A DNA stretch of 64,000 nucleotides from Planctomycetota bacterium (lineage in GTDB: Bacteria; Planctomycetota; GCA-002687715; CAIWVZ01), in NCBI GenBank assembly GCA_044222185.1, contig JBGANV010000005.1, positions 320,001 to 384,000 of the forward strand. The letters run 5' to 3'. Shown in pieces: positions 38,786 through 49,700 of the stretch. The notes under the pieces are model-generated. The model had not been told where the DNA came from and ran no database searches. It saw nothing but the letters and a program-made list of their open reading frames with translations. Both the position numbers and the translations under genes were made by a program. Numbering within the stretch: position 1 is the stretch's first letter; each line of letters begins with the position of its first letter.

Positions 38786-40555
38786 ATGTCTCGGACCGCA
38801 TGCGTCGTTCGCGTCTCCGCCATCATCGCGCTGACCGTCTGCATGGCGTCGGCCCAGTCGGCGGCGCCCAAGATTGGGGACCAGGTCGGTGACCTCGGTT
38901 TCGTCGACAGCCGTTTCCTTCCGAGGCGGCTGTCGGACTTCAAGGACGCGAAGGCGATCGTCGTCGTCTTCACCGGCAAGTCCTGCCCGATCGTCAAGCG
39001 TTACCTGCCACGCCTCGCCGCCCTGGATCGAACGCTGCGCGAGAGCGGCGTCCGGTTCCTCGGCGTCAATCCCGTGGACGGCGACACGGTGCTCGACGTG
39101 GCCGCGCAAGCCATGGAATACGACGTGGCATTCCAGGTCGGAAAGGACGAGGGGGGCGCCATGGCGCGGGCGCTGGGGGTCACGCGTCTCGCCGAGGTCG
39201 TGGTCCTCGACGGCACACGGCGCCTGCGGTACCGAGGCCACGTCGACGGTCAGTACAGACTCGGCGGCGCGAGCCCCGCCGTGGGGCGCGAAGACCTTCG
39301 CGAGGCCATCACCGCCGTCGTCGCGGGCAGGGATGTGGAGGTTTCCGAGACCGCCGTCGACGGATGCGCGATCGCCGCACCGGAATCGCGACCGACGGCC
39401 CCGGTCACGTTCCACCGCGACGTCGTGCCCGTGTTGAAACGGAACTGCGTTTCGTGCCACAGCTCGGGCGGGGACGCGCCGTTTCCGCTGACGTCCTACC
39501 TCGACGCCAAGACGAACGGCGGCATGCTTCGCGAGGTCGTGCACGGACGGCGGATGCCGCCATGGCTCGCGTACGGCGACACGTCGGCGTTCGCGAACGC
39601 CCCGACCATCACTGACGCCGAGCGCAAGATCCTCGAGGATTGGGTGAGCGCGGGCATGGCGGAAGGCACGGCGGAGGCTTCAGCCGAATCCCGTCCCACA
39701 CCCCCACTCCGTTGGAAGATCGGCGAGCCCGACCTCGTCCTGCGTTCACCCGAAGCCGTTCGCATCCCCGCGGAAGGCTTCGTGACCTCGCAGACGGTGA
39801 TCCTCCCGCACATGTTCGACGTGGATACCTGGGTCAACGGGATCCAGATCCTCGCCGACAACGCCAAGGTGATGCATCACGCGATCCTCGTCGTCGTGCG
39901 CCCGAACGAGATGCCGACGCCAGACGGACTCCTCGCCACACAGGTGCCCGGCGGGCAGCCCCTGCTTCTCGCCGACGACACCGCCGTCCTGATCCCCCGC
40001 GGAACGGTCCTGGCGCTTTCGCTGCACTACGTGACGACCGGGAAGGTGGAGCGCGATCAGTTGTCCGTCGGTCTCCGTTTCCCCAAGGTCCCCGTGAAGC
40101 ACCGACTCCGCTACCACCTTGTGGTGAACGAGAACTTCGAGATCCCCCCGGGCGATCCAGCGTTCGCCGTCGCGGCGGAGAAGCCCCTGCCGACGGACGC
40201 GAGACTCATGTGGCTCTTCCCGCACATGCATCTGCGGGGCCGCGACATGAGCTTCACGGCGACGCTGCCGGACGGCACGTCGGAGAGCCTGCTGTCCGTC
40301 CCCAGTTTCAGCTTCGACTGGCAGGCGACCTACTACTACAAGCCCAGCGGTCACCCTCTGCCGAAGGGCACCGTGATCTCGTGCCGCGCGCGTTTCGACA
40401 ACTCGCCGTTCAACCCGTTCAACCCCGATCCGAAGGCGAAGGTGCATCACGGCTACGACGTGACGTCCGAGATGATGTACGCGTTCGTCGGGTACCTGGA
40501 TCCGGCCGAATCGCTGAACGTGCTCGTGGACCCGAAGACTGGCCGCGGGAAGTAG
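38786..40555 (+). CDS. Secreted redoxin + c-type heme + copper type II ascorbate-dependent monooxygenase-like protein
   Basis: Signal peptide. Thioredoxin-like SCPI...YRG.VD domain. CVSCH heme motif. MHHA, LHY, PHMHLRG and SEM copper-monooxygenase motifs. Confidence 0.8.
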   Translation: MSRTACVVRVSAIIALTVCMASAQSAAPKIGDQVGDLGFVDSRFLPRRLSDFKDAKAIVVVFTGKSCPIVKRYLPRLAALDRTLRESGVRFLGVNPVDGDTVLDVAAQAMEYDVAFQVGKDEGGAMARALGVTRLAEVVVLDGTRRLRYRGHVDGQYRLGGASPAVGREDLREAITAVVAGRDVEVSETAVDGCAIAAPESRPTAPVTFHRDVVPVLKRNCVSCHSSGGDAPFPLTSYLDAKTNGGMLREVVHGRRMPPWLAYGDTSAFANAPTITDAERKILEDWVSAGMAEGTAEASAESRPTPPLRWKIGEPDLVLRSPEAVRIPAEGFVTSQTVILPHMFDVDTWVNGIQILADNAKVMHHAILVVVRPNEMPTPDGLLATQVPGGQPLLLADDTAVLIPRGTVLALSLHYVTTGKVERDQLSVGLRFPKVPVKHRLRYHLVVNENFEIPPGDPAFAVAAEKPLPTDARLMWLFPHMHLRGRDMSFTATLPDGTSESLLSVPSFSFDWQATYYYKPSGHPLPKGTVISCRARFDNSPFNPFNPDPKAKVHHGYDVTSEMMYAFVGYLDPAESLNVLVDPKTGRGK

Positions 40556-40683
40556 CCGGACAGCCTGCGTTTCGGCGAGATCGAGCGGCTGATCGCCCCG
40601 TCGCCCCAACGCCATTGGAAGTCGTTCGCATCCGGGGCAGCGAAATGAGGCGGTCCGGCAGTCGCACCTACGCAGTTCGACTG

Positions 40684-41328
40684 ATGCACCCGGGGGACGC
40701 GCCGATCGACCAGTACACTCTCACCGTGGACGTCGACCGACTGAGCCGCCCGGACCAGTTCATCACGAACGAAGACCGCACCCGCGCGCGACGCCATGCG
40801 CGCATCGGCCCCATCGTCGGGGGCGTCATCCTCGTCGCCCTCGGCCTCTACCCAGGCAGCTTCGTCTCGTTGCCGCTGTGGGCGTCGCTCGGGATGCTCG
40901 CGGTGGGCCTCGTGACGGCCGTTGCATCGTTCGACTGCCTGCACTTCTCGCGGGCGCCGCTCCGAGTCACGGCGGCGATGCTCGCGGCGCTCGTGATCGC
41001 GGTCGCGGCCAGCGTCACCTACGTCCCGACGCGCGTCGCGTTCCCCCTCCATCGGGCCGCGTTCGAGCGCGAGGCGCGATCCCTGCCGCCCGCCGCCGCA
41101 AAGCAGGACGTCTGGATCGGCATCTATCACCTGCAGCAGATCTGGCGCGACGCTGACGGGACCGTGTGGTTCCAGGTGAACCGCTCGACCGCGCTCCCCG
41201 GCGCAATGGCGACGGGCTTCCGATACCGGCCGAGCCACGAAGGAATCGCCCCAGACGGCGACCGCGAGCAATCCATCCCGCTGGACGACTCGTGGTCCAT
41301 CTTCTTCCGCGCGCCGAGCGTCGACTGA
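40684..41328 (+). CDS. Hypothetical membrane protein (3 TM helices plus soluble C-terminal domain)
   Basis: 3' part of ORF 39640-41328 with hydrophobic helices, filling an otherwise empty gap. Start uncertain (40646 region to 40684). Confidence 0.6.
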   Translation: MHPGDAPIDQYTLTVDVDRLSRPDQFITNEDRTRARRHARIGPIVGGVILVALGLYPGSFVSLPLWASLGMLAVGLVTAVASFDCLHFSRAPLRVTAAMLAALVIAVAASVTYVPTRVAFPLHRAAFEREARSLPPAAAKQDVWIGIYHLQQIWRDADGTVWFQVNRSTALPGAMATGFRYRPSHEGIAPDGDREQSIPLDDSWSIFFRAPSVD

Positions 41329-41441
41329 CGCGGATCTGACGGCTCGCGACGAACGACGGAGCCGAGCACGACCGTTCGGACATGCCGCCCGCAGCCATCG
41401 CATCGCTATGATCACGCGACCGCCATCCCGGAGGTCCCACG

Positions 41442-43049
41442 ATTCACCGATCCGATCCCAATCGGCCCACGCGATCCGTCGCTGGTTGCGCGGCACTCGG
41501 GCTCCTGTGTGCTTCGCTCGCGAACGGGCAGTACCTCCAGGTGGTGAGCCAAACCGCGCCCGCTCCGACCACGAACTACGCCTTCGTCGGCAGCCTCGCC
41601 GACGTCAACGGGAACGGATCCCCCGACCTCTTCGTTCAGGCGTTCACCGCGCTCTCGATCGTCGTCGACCCGCGCACGGCGACGACAGCACAGCTCGCCG
41701 CGCCGACGCCGATCACCGCATGCGGCGAGCACGCGATCGGGAACGTCAACGGCGACCCGTTCCCGGACCTCGTCGTCGCGAGCGTCTCCGCGCTGTTCAT
41801 CCTGCTCGGTAACGGCAACGGGACCTTTCAGGTGCCGATCCAGGTCGCCACGCTCGGGAGCATCGGCCCCGTCGGCAGTTCCGGCGTGGCCGGGCCGATG
41901 GAACGGGCGCTGAACATCACGGACATCAACGGCGACGGACTCGATGACGTCGTCGTCGCGGGGGCGAGCGGGCTCGGCGCCTGGGTGAATACCGGCACGG
42001 CGTGGACGAACGTCTGGAGCTTTCCATACACGACGCTGAGTCTCTCTCCTCTCGTGATGCCCGGCCGCTACGTGCAGTTCGCGGATTGGAACGGTGATGG
42101 TCGAAAGGACCTGGCGCTCGGCATGAGCCTGCCGCCGATCCAGACGCAGATCTTCGTCTGGTACGGCGTCGCCGGCGGATTCACGACGACGCCGGCGGTC
42201 CTCGTCACGCCCGCACCAGCCACGTCGTCCGAGACGATCGGGTGCGGCGACGTCGACGGTGACGGGTTCGCCGACATCATCGTCATGACGTACGGCCCGG
42301 GAACCTTCGGGCCCGTTCTCTTCGTGCGCTACGGCTCGCCGGCCGGTCCTGGCGCGCCGGTCGCCATCCCGTCGACGTCCAGCTCGATCTACGGCGGCGA
42401 GACGGACGTCGTCGACGTGGACGCCGACGGGAACAACGACATCGTCGTGCAGGGGTTCGGGTATCCCGCGTCCGTGCTCGTGCGAAACGCCGGCAACCGC
42501 AGCCTGATCTACGCCCCGTTCGGCCCCCCGGTCGCGGCAGGCAACGCCGGGGGCGGCCTCCTGATCTTCGCCGACATGGACGGAGACGGAGATCCCGACG
42601 CCGCGTCCGTTCCGGGAATCGGCAACTACTTCACCGTCCTCGACGACACCGCGCTGCTCGCCAGCGGATGCGCGGGAGCGGGCGGGGTCCCCGTGTTTCC
42701 CATCGGATGTGCGGCGCGCGGGAACGCGAACTTCCAGCTCGGCGTGGCGAGCGCAGCCGCCAACGCCACGGCAGTTCTGGGTGTGTCGACGGCCTATGCG
42801 CCCCTCACCGGTTGCGGCGTCGGACCCGTGTTCAGCCCGGCGACCACGGTGCTCCCCACGCCGACGCTTGGTGTGTTCACCACGTCGGCCACGGGCTCCG
42901 CGAGCCTCGCCTTTGCGCTTCCGAACGTCCCCGCGATTCCGACCGTCCGGGTCTACGCGCAGTGGGCCGTCGCCGACGCATCAGGGACCTTCACGGCGGG
43001 CGCGACGAACTGGTCGCTGACGAAGGTGCGGACGATCGACGTCTTCTGA
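41442..43049 (+). CDS. Secreted FG-GAP/VCBS repeat protein with C-terminal beta-sandwich; apparent ATT start
   Basis: Seven DxNGDG-type repeats (DVNGNG, NVNGDP, DINGDG, DWNGDG, DVDGDG, DVDADG, DMDGDG). An in-frame signal peptide lies upstream of the called GTG 41541. GGAGGT sits 6 nt before ATT 41442. Confidence 0.8.
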   Translation: MHRSDPNRPTRSVAGCAALGLLCASLANGQYLQVVSQTAPAPTTNYAFVGSLADVNGNGSPDLFVQAFTALSIVVDPRTATTAQLAAPTPITACGEHAIGNVNGDPFPDLVVASVSALFILLGNGNGTFQVPIQVATLGSIGPVGSSGVAGPMERALNITDINGDGLDDVVVAGASGLGAWVNTGTAWTNVWSFPYTTLSLSPLVMPGRYVQFADWNGDGRKDLALGMSLPPIQTQIFVWYGVAGGFTTTPAVLVTPAPATSSETIGCGDVDGDGFADIIVMTYGPGTFGPVLFVRYGSPAGPGAPVAIPSTSSSIYGGETDVVDVDADGNNDIVVQGFGYPASVLVRNAGNRSLIYAPFGPPVAAGNAGGGLLIFADMDGDGDPDAASVPGIGNYFTVLDDTALLASGCAGAGGVPVFPIGCAARGNANFQLGVASAAANATAVLGVSTAYAPLTGCGVGPVFSPATTVLPTPTLGVFTTSATGSASLAFALPNVPAIPTVRVYAQWAVADASGTFTAGATNWSLTKVRTIDVF

Positions 43050-43054
43050 CCGAC

Positions 43055-43091
43055 GATCCGCGCCACCGCCTCGACGGCAGCGACGCGGATC
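43055..43091. terminator. GC-rich hairpin between convergent genes
   Basis: GATCCGCG...CGCGGATC inverted repeat with an inner GCC/GGC pair. No U-tract. Confidence 0.35.
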
Positions 43092-43111
43092 CCGGTCCCG
43101 CGATCAGCGAA

Positions 43112-46100
43112 TCACTGGCCGTTCAGCGAAAGCGTCCAGGAGTTGAGCGTTCCGACGTCCGCTGCCGCCAGGTCCTGGACCTTCAGGCTCCAGTTGCCGG
43201 TGACGCTCTTCCCGACGAACGTCGCGAGCGAGGCCGCCGGCACGGTGAGGTCCGGGAACTCGGTCTGGATGTTGTCGGTCGCCCCGCCCGTACGGTTGTG
43301 CAACAGCACGGCGGTTCCATCGGGCGCGATCAAGGTGACGACGAGGTCACCCTTGTAGGTGTGGGTGATGTTCACCTTCACCTTCACGCCCGAAACGAAG
43401 CCCGAATCGGAGTAGTTCAGGATGCTCGTGATCCCCGTGGCGTTGTTGTCGGGGATGGCCAGCGCAGGCGACGCCGACTTCTCGCCGTTGAACGAGACGT
43501 TCCACGAGTTCAACGTGCCCACGTCGGCCGCCGCCAGGTCCTGCACGCGCAGGCTCCAGCTTCCCGACGTGTTGAGGCCGTTGAACACCGACAACGCCTG
43601 GTTCGGAGTCGTGAGGATCGAGTACGTGGTCACGATGTTGTCCGTGCCGCCGCCCGTGCGGTTGTGCAGGATCGCGGAGGCTCCCGAGGGTCCCGTCAGC
43701 GTCACGACCAGATCGCCCTGGTAGGTGTGCGTGACGTTGACTGAAACCGCCACGCTCGTGATCGCCTGCGAGATCGGCACGACGATCGCACTCGTGACGC
43801 CCGTGGCGTTGTTGTCCGGGATCGCGAGCGCGGGGGACGCGGAGTACGTCTTGACCTGACTCGATCCGGCAGGCGGGCTCACGGTCAGCGACACGGCCGT
43901 CGTGCGCGTGAGGGCTCCGCCGGTTCCCGTGACGGTGATGTTGTAGGTGCCGGCAGGCGTGGCGGCGCTCGTCGTCACGGACAGCGTCGAGCTGCCGTTG
44001 GCCGCCATGGGATTCGGCGCGAAGGCGTAGGTCACGCCCGTGATCGCGGGCGACGCCGACAGCGTGATCGTCGACGCGAATCCGTTCACGGCCGTGTTGG
44101 ACACGGTGTAGGTCGTGGAACCGCCCTGCGTGACGGCGCGCGTCGCCGGGCTCGCGGCGAGCGAGAAGTCAGGCGTCGGCGCGCTGACCGTCCCGTTGGA
44201 GACGACGAGAGCGAAGTCCTGATCCGTCGTGTCGGCATTGCCCGGCACGCCGTCGCCCGCGACGTTCGTCGCGCGCACGGTCACGGAGAACGTGCCCGTG
44301 ACGCCCGCGGGCAGGAACACGAACTCGGCGTTATTGCGCGTGTCCGCGGCCCCGCCCGTGACCGAGCTGGCGCCGGAGAACACGTTGCCGCGGTACAGCG
44401 TCCCGTTGACGGTGACTTCCAGGTCGAGGTCGTTGACCCAGGCGTTGCCCGTCGTGGCCCCCGGCTTGTCCGTCCAGGTGAGACCGACGCGGAACGGCTG
44501 CGCCGACGTGGCGATCGTTCCGCTCACGGTGTACGTCTGCCCGGTCGTGCCGAACACCTGGGACTGATCCACGCGGATGTTCGACGTGCCGTTGAACGCG
44601 CGGCCGAGGTCCACGCTGCCCATGCCCTGGTTGTTCGACCAGAGCGTGTCGTTCGCGCCGACCCCGTTCTCGTAGTGCGCGGCCGTCATGAGCCACGCCT
44701 TCACCATGGCCGGGCTGGGGGTGCCGAATCCCTGGTTGATGAAGAACTGGCGAACGAGCGCCGACGCGCCCGACGTGGCCGGCGTCGAGTGACTCGTTCC
44801 GGACGACCAGGCGTAGAGCGTCTGCGCGGCCGGCCAGAACTGATTGCACACTCCCGATCCGTTGTAGGAGAGCGAACGACTGGCGGCGCCCTGGATGTGC
44901 GTGCCGGGCGCGACGATCTCGGGCTTCTTGCGCAAGTCCGCCGTGGGGCCGCGCGAGGAGAAGTTGATGATGTCGTTCGCGTTGTCGGCACCCGAGTTCG
45001 CGACGGCGCATCCGTCCGTTCCGGTCTGACGGTCGTTCTCGCTGGCGCCGACCGTGATGATGTTCTTGCCGGTCGCCGGCGGACGGACGGTGTTCGCCGC
45101 CGATCCGTCGTTGCCCGCGGCGAAGACGACGGTCATCTCCTGGTTGCCGGCCGTTCCCGCGACGGCGTCGCGCACGATCGTGTCGTGCTCCTGGGCATCG
45201 ACGTTGTAGTTGTTGCCGGAGATGAAGCCCCACGAGTTGCTGCTGATGCGCGCCCCGGCGTTGTACGCCGCGGTCAGCCGCGCCGTGGCCGACTGTGTGA
45301 ACTGGCTCCCGGTGCCGTTGGAGAACACCTTGGAGTTGCCGAGCTGGACGAAGGGGCAGAGTCCCAGCCCGTAGTTGTATCCGCTCGCGTCCTCCGCCGC
45401 GGCGCCCGTCAGGCTGTTGTATCCGCCGACGATCGACGCGTTCAGATTGCCGTGGCCCCCGCCGCCGTCGGCGAGTGCGTCACTGGTGTAGTTGTTGTTG
45501 TAGACGATGCGACCGGCGCCCGCGGCCGTTCCACCCACGCGGAACTCCACGTTGATGTCGGTCGTCGAACCGCGATCGATGCCGTCGTCCGTCACGTCGA
45601 CGACGAAGCCGAACTGCCCGGTCTGGCTGAATCCCTTGGATGCGAGCCACGCCAGGTATCCCGGAGCCGAGGGACTCGCCCCCGTCGCAGTCACGTTGCC
45701 GGCCATGATCTGTCCCTGGCGCTCGTCGAAGCGACGCTCGGCGTACTTCCGCTCGATGGCGAAGACGGACGGGTGCGCGGCGAGGTACGGAAGGATCCCG
45801 TTGGGAACGTGCATGTGCAGGTTCAGGTAGTTCAGCACGAGGCTCGACGGGCGGATCTCGCGATACCCCGCATCCACGAGGCCCATGACGACCGGGACGG
45901 CTTCCTCGTCCGCGATGAACTGGATCGTGACGTCCGACTCGCCGGCGCCGTTGGCGGCGTCGTCGCGGAGGTCCGGTGCAATCTTGAACACGGGCTCATA
46001 GGTCCCCGTCCAGCCCACGAAGTCGCGGGCCGAGAGGTCGTCGAACGCCGCCTGCGACGACGGCGGGACGGCGACGACGTACGTGTTCTGCGGCACGTAG

Positions 46101-46597
46101 GCGATGATCGTCACGCCGGTGGCGGAGAGTTCGTCGAGCCACTGGTCCTTCACGGGTCCGATGAATTGCACGAGGCGGAGTTCGCGTCCCGTTTCGGCAG
46201 CGACGGCGACGCCGCCCTGGCGCAGGATCGCCGGCACGCCGGCGAGCTGAGTCGACACGCTTCGGCCGCCGCGCGTCCCGATCGGCAGACCGTTGAAGCC
46301 GATCACTCCCTGTTCGTCACGGACCTCGACGCCGAGCGCCCGCAGCGCCTCGGTCCCACCGAGGGCCGTGCTGTCGACGAGCACGGCAGCGAACGATCCG
46401 TAGTCCTCGATGTGCCTGACGACGCCGCGTGAGATCAGCACGTCGAGGGCCCGGTCTCCGTTTCGGACGAACACGCTATCGATGCGCGAACTCGCGTCGC
46501 CCCGACCGTCGCGCGCGATCTGCGCCCAACCGGAAGTCGACGTCACGAGAACCACGGCCAGAAGGAACGACAGGACGGAACCTCGGCGTACGTGCAT
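43112..46597 (-). CDS. Secreted S8 subtilisin-like serine protease (KP-43-like) with two proprotein-convertase P domains (1161 aa)
   Basis: Triad TDDG / GHG / SGTS, plus NSWG and FAAGNDG. Two IPDNNATG...THTY.GDL...W.L.VQD repeats. Signal peptide. AGGAG RBS. Confidence 0.92.
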   Translation of the reverse strand: MHVRRGSVLSFLLAVVLVTSTSGWAQIARDGRGDASSRIDSVFVRNGDRALDVLISRGVVRHIEDYGSFAAVLVDSTALGGTEALRALGVEVRDEQGVIGFNGLPIGTRGGRSVSTQLAGVPAILRQGGVAVAAETGRELRLVQFIGPVKDQWLDELSATGVTIIAYVPQNTYVVAVPPSSQAAFDDLSARDFVGWTGTYEPVFKIAPDLRDDAANGAGESDVTIQFIADEEAVPVVMGLVDAGYREIRPSSLVLNYLNLHMHVPNGILPYLAAHPSVFAIERKYAERRFDERQGQIMAGNVTATGASPSAPGYLAWLASKGFSQTGQFGFVVDVTDDGIDRGSTTDINVEFRVGGTAAGAGRIVYNNNYTSDALADGGGGHGNLNASIVGGYNSLTGAAAEDASGYNYGLGLCPFVQLGNSKVFSNGTGSQFTQSATARLTAAYNAGARISSNSWGFISGNNYNVDAQEHDTIVRDAVAGTAGNQEMTVVFAAGNDGSAANTVRPPATGKNIITVGASENDRQTGTDGCAVANSGADNANDIINFSSRGPTADLRKKPEIVAPGTHIQGAASRSLSYNGSGVCNQFWPAAQTLYAWSSGTSHSTPATSGASALVRQFFINQGFGTPSPAMVKAWLMTAAHYENGVGANDTLWSNNQGMGSVDLGRAFNGTSNIRVDQSQVFGTTGQTYTVSGTIATSAQPFRVGLTWTDKPGATTGNAWVNDLDLEVTVNGTLYRGNVFSGASSVTGGAADTRNNAEFVFLPAGVTGTFSVTVRATNVAGDGVPGNADTTDQDFALVVSNGTVSAPTPDFSLAASPATRAVTQGGSTTYTVSNTAVNGFASTITLSASPAITGVTYAFAPNPMAANGSSTLSVTTSAATPAGTYNITVTGTGGALTRTTAVSLTVSPPAGSSQVKTYSASPALAIPDNNATGVTSAIVVPISQAITSVAVSVNVTHTYQGDLVVTLTGPSGASAILHNRTGGGTDNIVTTYSILTTPNQALSVFNGLNTSGSWSLRVQDLAAADVGTLNSWNVSFNGEKSASPALAIPDNNATGITSILNYSDSGFVSGVKVKVNITHTYKGDLVVTLIAPDGTAVLLHNRTGGATDNIQTEFPDLTVPAASLATFVGKSVTGNWSLKVQDLAAADVGTLNSWTLSLNGQ

Positions 46598-46740
46598 GGA
46601 TTCTTTCTCCTGGTGCTTCACTTCACGCTTCACTCGCGCGGCATACGGGGGACCGTCGCGGCGCGGCGGAGAGCGTAGGCGCGCCCCGCGGGAAACGTCA
46701 ACAGTGGAGAAGCGTCGCGTGCGTCGCCGAAGTGACGCGA

Positions 46741-49700
46741 CTATCTGCCGAGCAGGAGCGGCGTGAAGTAGCGGTAGTAGACCTCGAGGCTCAGGACGCA
46801 CATCGCGGTCGTGTACGCCCGGTTGCTCCGCGTGTCGCCGGCGAGACGCGCGTACTCGTCGATGGGCTCGAAGGATCCGTCATCCGACTGCCCTCGAGGG
46901 AGGACCTGCTTCAGGGCTGCATTCCACCGCGTCCAGGTGTCGCCTCCCGCCATGAAACACGCGAGGCTGCCGTAGTACCAGAAGTACACGTTTCCTGCCG
47001 CCATGCGGACGAACTCGTCCGAGCTGAACCGGCGGTAGTCGGTGGGACGACGCTCGAGCGTGAACTCGAGTCCCGCCGTGAGCCGGCCGTCGTCCTTCGG
47101 CGTCCCGAGGAGGAGCAGCGCGAACACGGCGGCTGGCGTGGACGCGGGCAACGTGCGCCAGTTCGATGCGAGCCGGCTGGGTTCCCGGTTGTACAGGAAG
47201 CAGCCGGTTTGAGCGTCGTACTCCTGGAGGAGGAACGACTTGGCGAGCGGCAGCACGTCGTCGCGCACGCGGAATCCGGAGAGCTTCGCCGACTCCAAGG
47301 CCATGACCTGCCACGCGCTGATGGAGGTTCTCGCGAACCCATCCTCCGGCGAGAGGCTGGCGGAGAAGTATCCCCACCCGCCCTTGCTGCGCTTGTCGCG
47401 GGAACGGTTCTGCTGAGAGACGATCCAATCGACCGCGCGCTGGACCGGCTCCTTCAGGCGAGCGTCCTTCGTCAACCCGAAGCATTCGGCGAGTGCGTAG
47501 GTGCTGATGCCGTGGCTGTACGAGGAGGTCTCACCGAAATGCCCGCTCTCCTGATCCTGGATCTTCAGGAGGTAGTTCACTGCCCGCGTCGTGTTGCCGG
47601 CGTAGGGGCCATCTCCTCCGGGAGCGTGGCCCGCACCGAGGAACGCGAGCAGACACAGGCCGGTCTTCCCCACCGTCACGTGTCCGTACTTGGGATCGAC
47701 GGTGCGCGGATCGCCCCATGACCCGTCCTTGTTTTGGATGCGCGCGAGGTACGCGAGGCCCTTGGCGACCGCCGCCTCGGTCTCGCGGGTGCCGCCGAAC
47801 TTCTCGAGCGCTTCGACCTTCCCTGGTCCGAAGCGGTTCTGGAAGACGGTTCCTCCGAGAGCGATCGCCGGCATGGCCGGGGCCCCGCGGGAAGCCCGGG
47901 GCGCCGGCTCCACGAGCGAGCCCGGCAGCGTCACCGAAGCCGCAAGCCCGCCATCGCCACGATCGTCCGTCGGCGCCGCGGTGCGACCGGGCTTCGACAC
48001 CGCGGCTGACGCCGGTCCGCCGAACCCGGGAAGGTCGAGCGGGCGCAGCGCCCCGGCCCCCCCGGTCGACCCCATCGTGCCTGACGCGTCGCGTCCCGGA
48101 CGGTGAGCTCGACCCGTCGCGACGATGGCGTCGCGCAATGGCATGTCCGACGGGCCCGGCAGCGAGCGCGCCGCGAACCTCGCGCCGCCCATGGACGGCA
48201 CGTCCACGGCCGAAGCGAGATGGGCGCCGCCGCGCTCCAGCGCCGAGCCCGGCACGACGACGCTCGCCGGCCGCTCGCCGGAGGTGCCGAGGTCGGACGT
48301 CTGGCGTCGCGCGGCCCCCGCGAGCACCGGCTGCCCCGTCGGGCCGTGACCGCCCGCATCCACCGAGGGCTTGAGCGGCGCAGGTCCGGCGTCGTGTCCA
48401 CCGCGAGTGCCTCCCGCCTCCTTCGCGACGGCCGCGATCCCGTCGGCGACACCGGCAGTTGGCGCGTGAACCCCGCGAGCGACGAGCGGTGTCCCGTTCA
48501 TGGACGGGAGCTCGGGAGCCGCACGGCCCGAGCTCCGGCCACTCTCGACCGCCGAACCCGGCATCGCGACGCCGATCGTCCGGTCCCCGTCGCCGGCACC
48601 GGCCGGTGGCGCTGGCCGCGTCGCCTTCGCCGCGAGTGGTTGCCCCGACGGGCCAGCCGCACCCGCGGTGCTCGAGGGCGCGATGGGAGCAGCGTCGCCG
48701 TCGTGACCGGACCGGCTCGCGATCGCCGACGAGTCCTTCGACGGAGCATCCGACACGCCGGCCTGCGGCGCCGTCATCGCACCGGCCGCGAGCGGTGCTC
48801 CGGAATCCGGCGCGGGAACCGCCGCGCTCCCGACGCGCGCGCCGGAAGCCCCCGACGGCCCCGTCCCGCCGACCGCGCTCCCGGGAACGTTGACGACGAT
48901 CCGCTCGTCGACGGCCGCGGTCGTCCGCCCCGTCGCGGTCACGGACTGGTCCTGTGCGGGCGCAGGCAGGGGCGATGCGGCGACCTCCGTCTGCGTGACG
49001 TCGTGCCCGGACTTCACGTCGGGGGACGGCGCGGCGTCCTTCAGGTCGTTCGTCAGCTCCGCCTTGGCGACGGCGGCGTTCTCCGCGGGCGCGGCGGTCG
49101 TGGGCAGATCGGGTGTGGCCCGATCACCGCTGGTCCGATCGACCATCACGACTTCCGAGCCGGGCGCGACCGCGGTCGGTGCGTCCGCGTGACCCGAGAA
49201 CTGGAGTTCGCGTGCCATTGCGGCGGCGGAATCACCCGCCGCCCCCCCGCTCGAAGGCGAGCCGCCCGAGGCCGACGACACGAGGTCCACCTCGAGTCCA
49301 CCCACGTAGGGCGCGACGGGTTTCAGCGTCGTGACGAGCTGCACGTCGCGCAACAGCCACAGGACGAGGAGATGCACGAGAAGCGAGAGAATCACGCACC
49401 ACGTGATGAAGTCGAGCGTGCGGAACCGCTTGCCAAGCTGGAGGAGCAAGAGGATCAGCACCGCCGCGATCATGGCGAGGATCAGAAGCCGCTCGAGATC
49501 GCGCTGACCTTCCCACCACGGATACACTTCGTGCGCGGAGGCCCGGTAGACGAGGGCCGGGTCGGTGGGCTTCACCAGCATCAGTCCGAAGCCCTTGTCG
49601 ACGGACACGGGCCCGCGGGCCTCGCCGCCGAGTGCGAGCTCGGGCATGGCAAAGGGCTCGACGAACTGGCCGGCATGCCGCCACGTCCGCATCACGACGG

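Noticed and set aside
17915-38997. Long N-terminal extensions in the ORF track (NRPS to 18230, PKS2 to 22635, ligase from 29272, kelch to 35483 and 38997)
   Set aside because: They overlap neighbouring genes. Downstream starts have an RBS, stop/start coupling or signal peptides.
46741-47850. Squalene-hopene cyclase / terpene cluster
   Set aside because: Only one QW-like repeat barrel, no DxDD motif, and it is fused to a TonB-like membrane protein.
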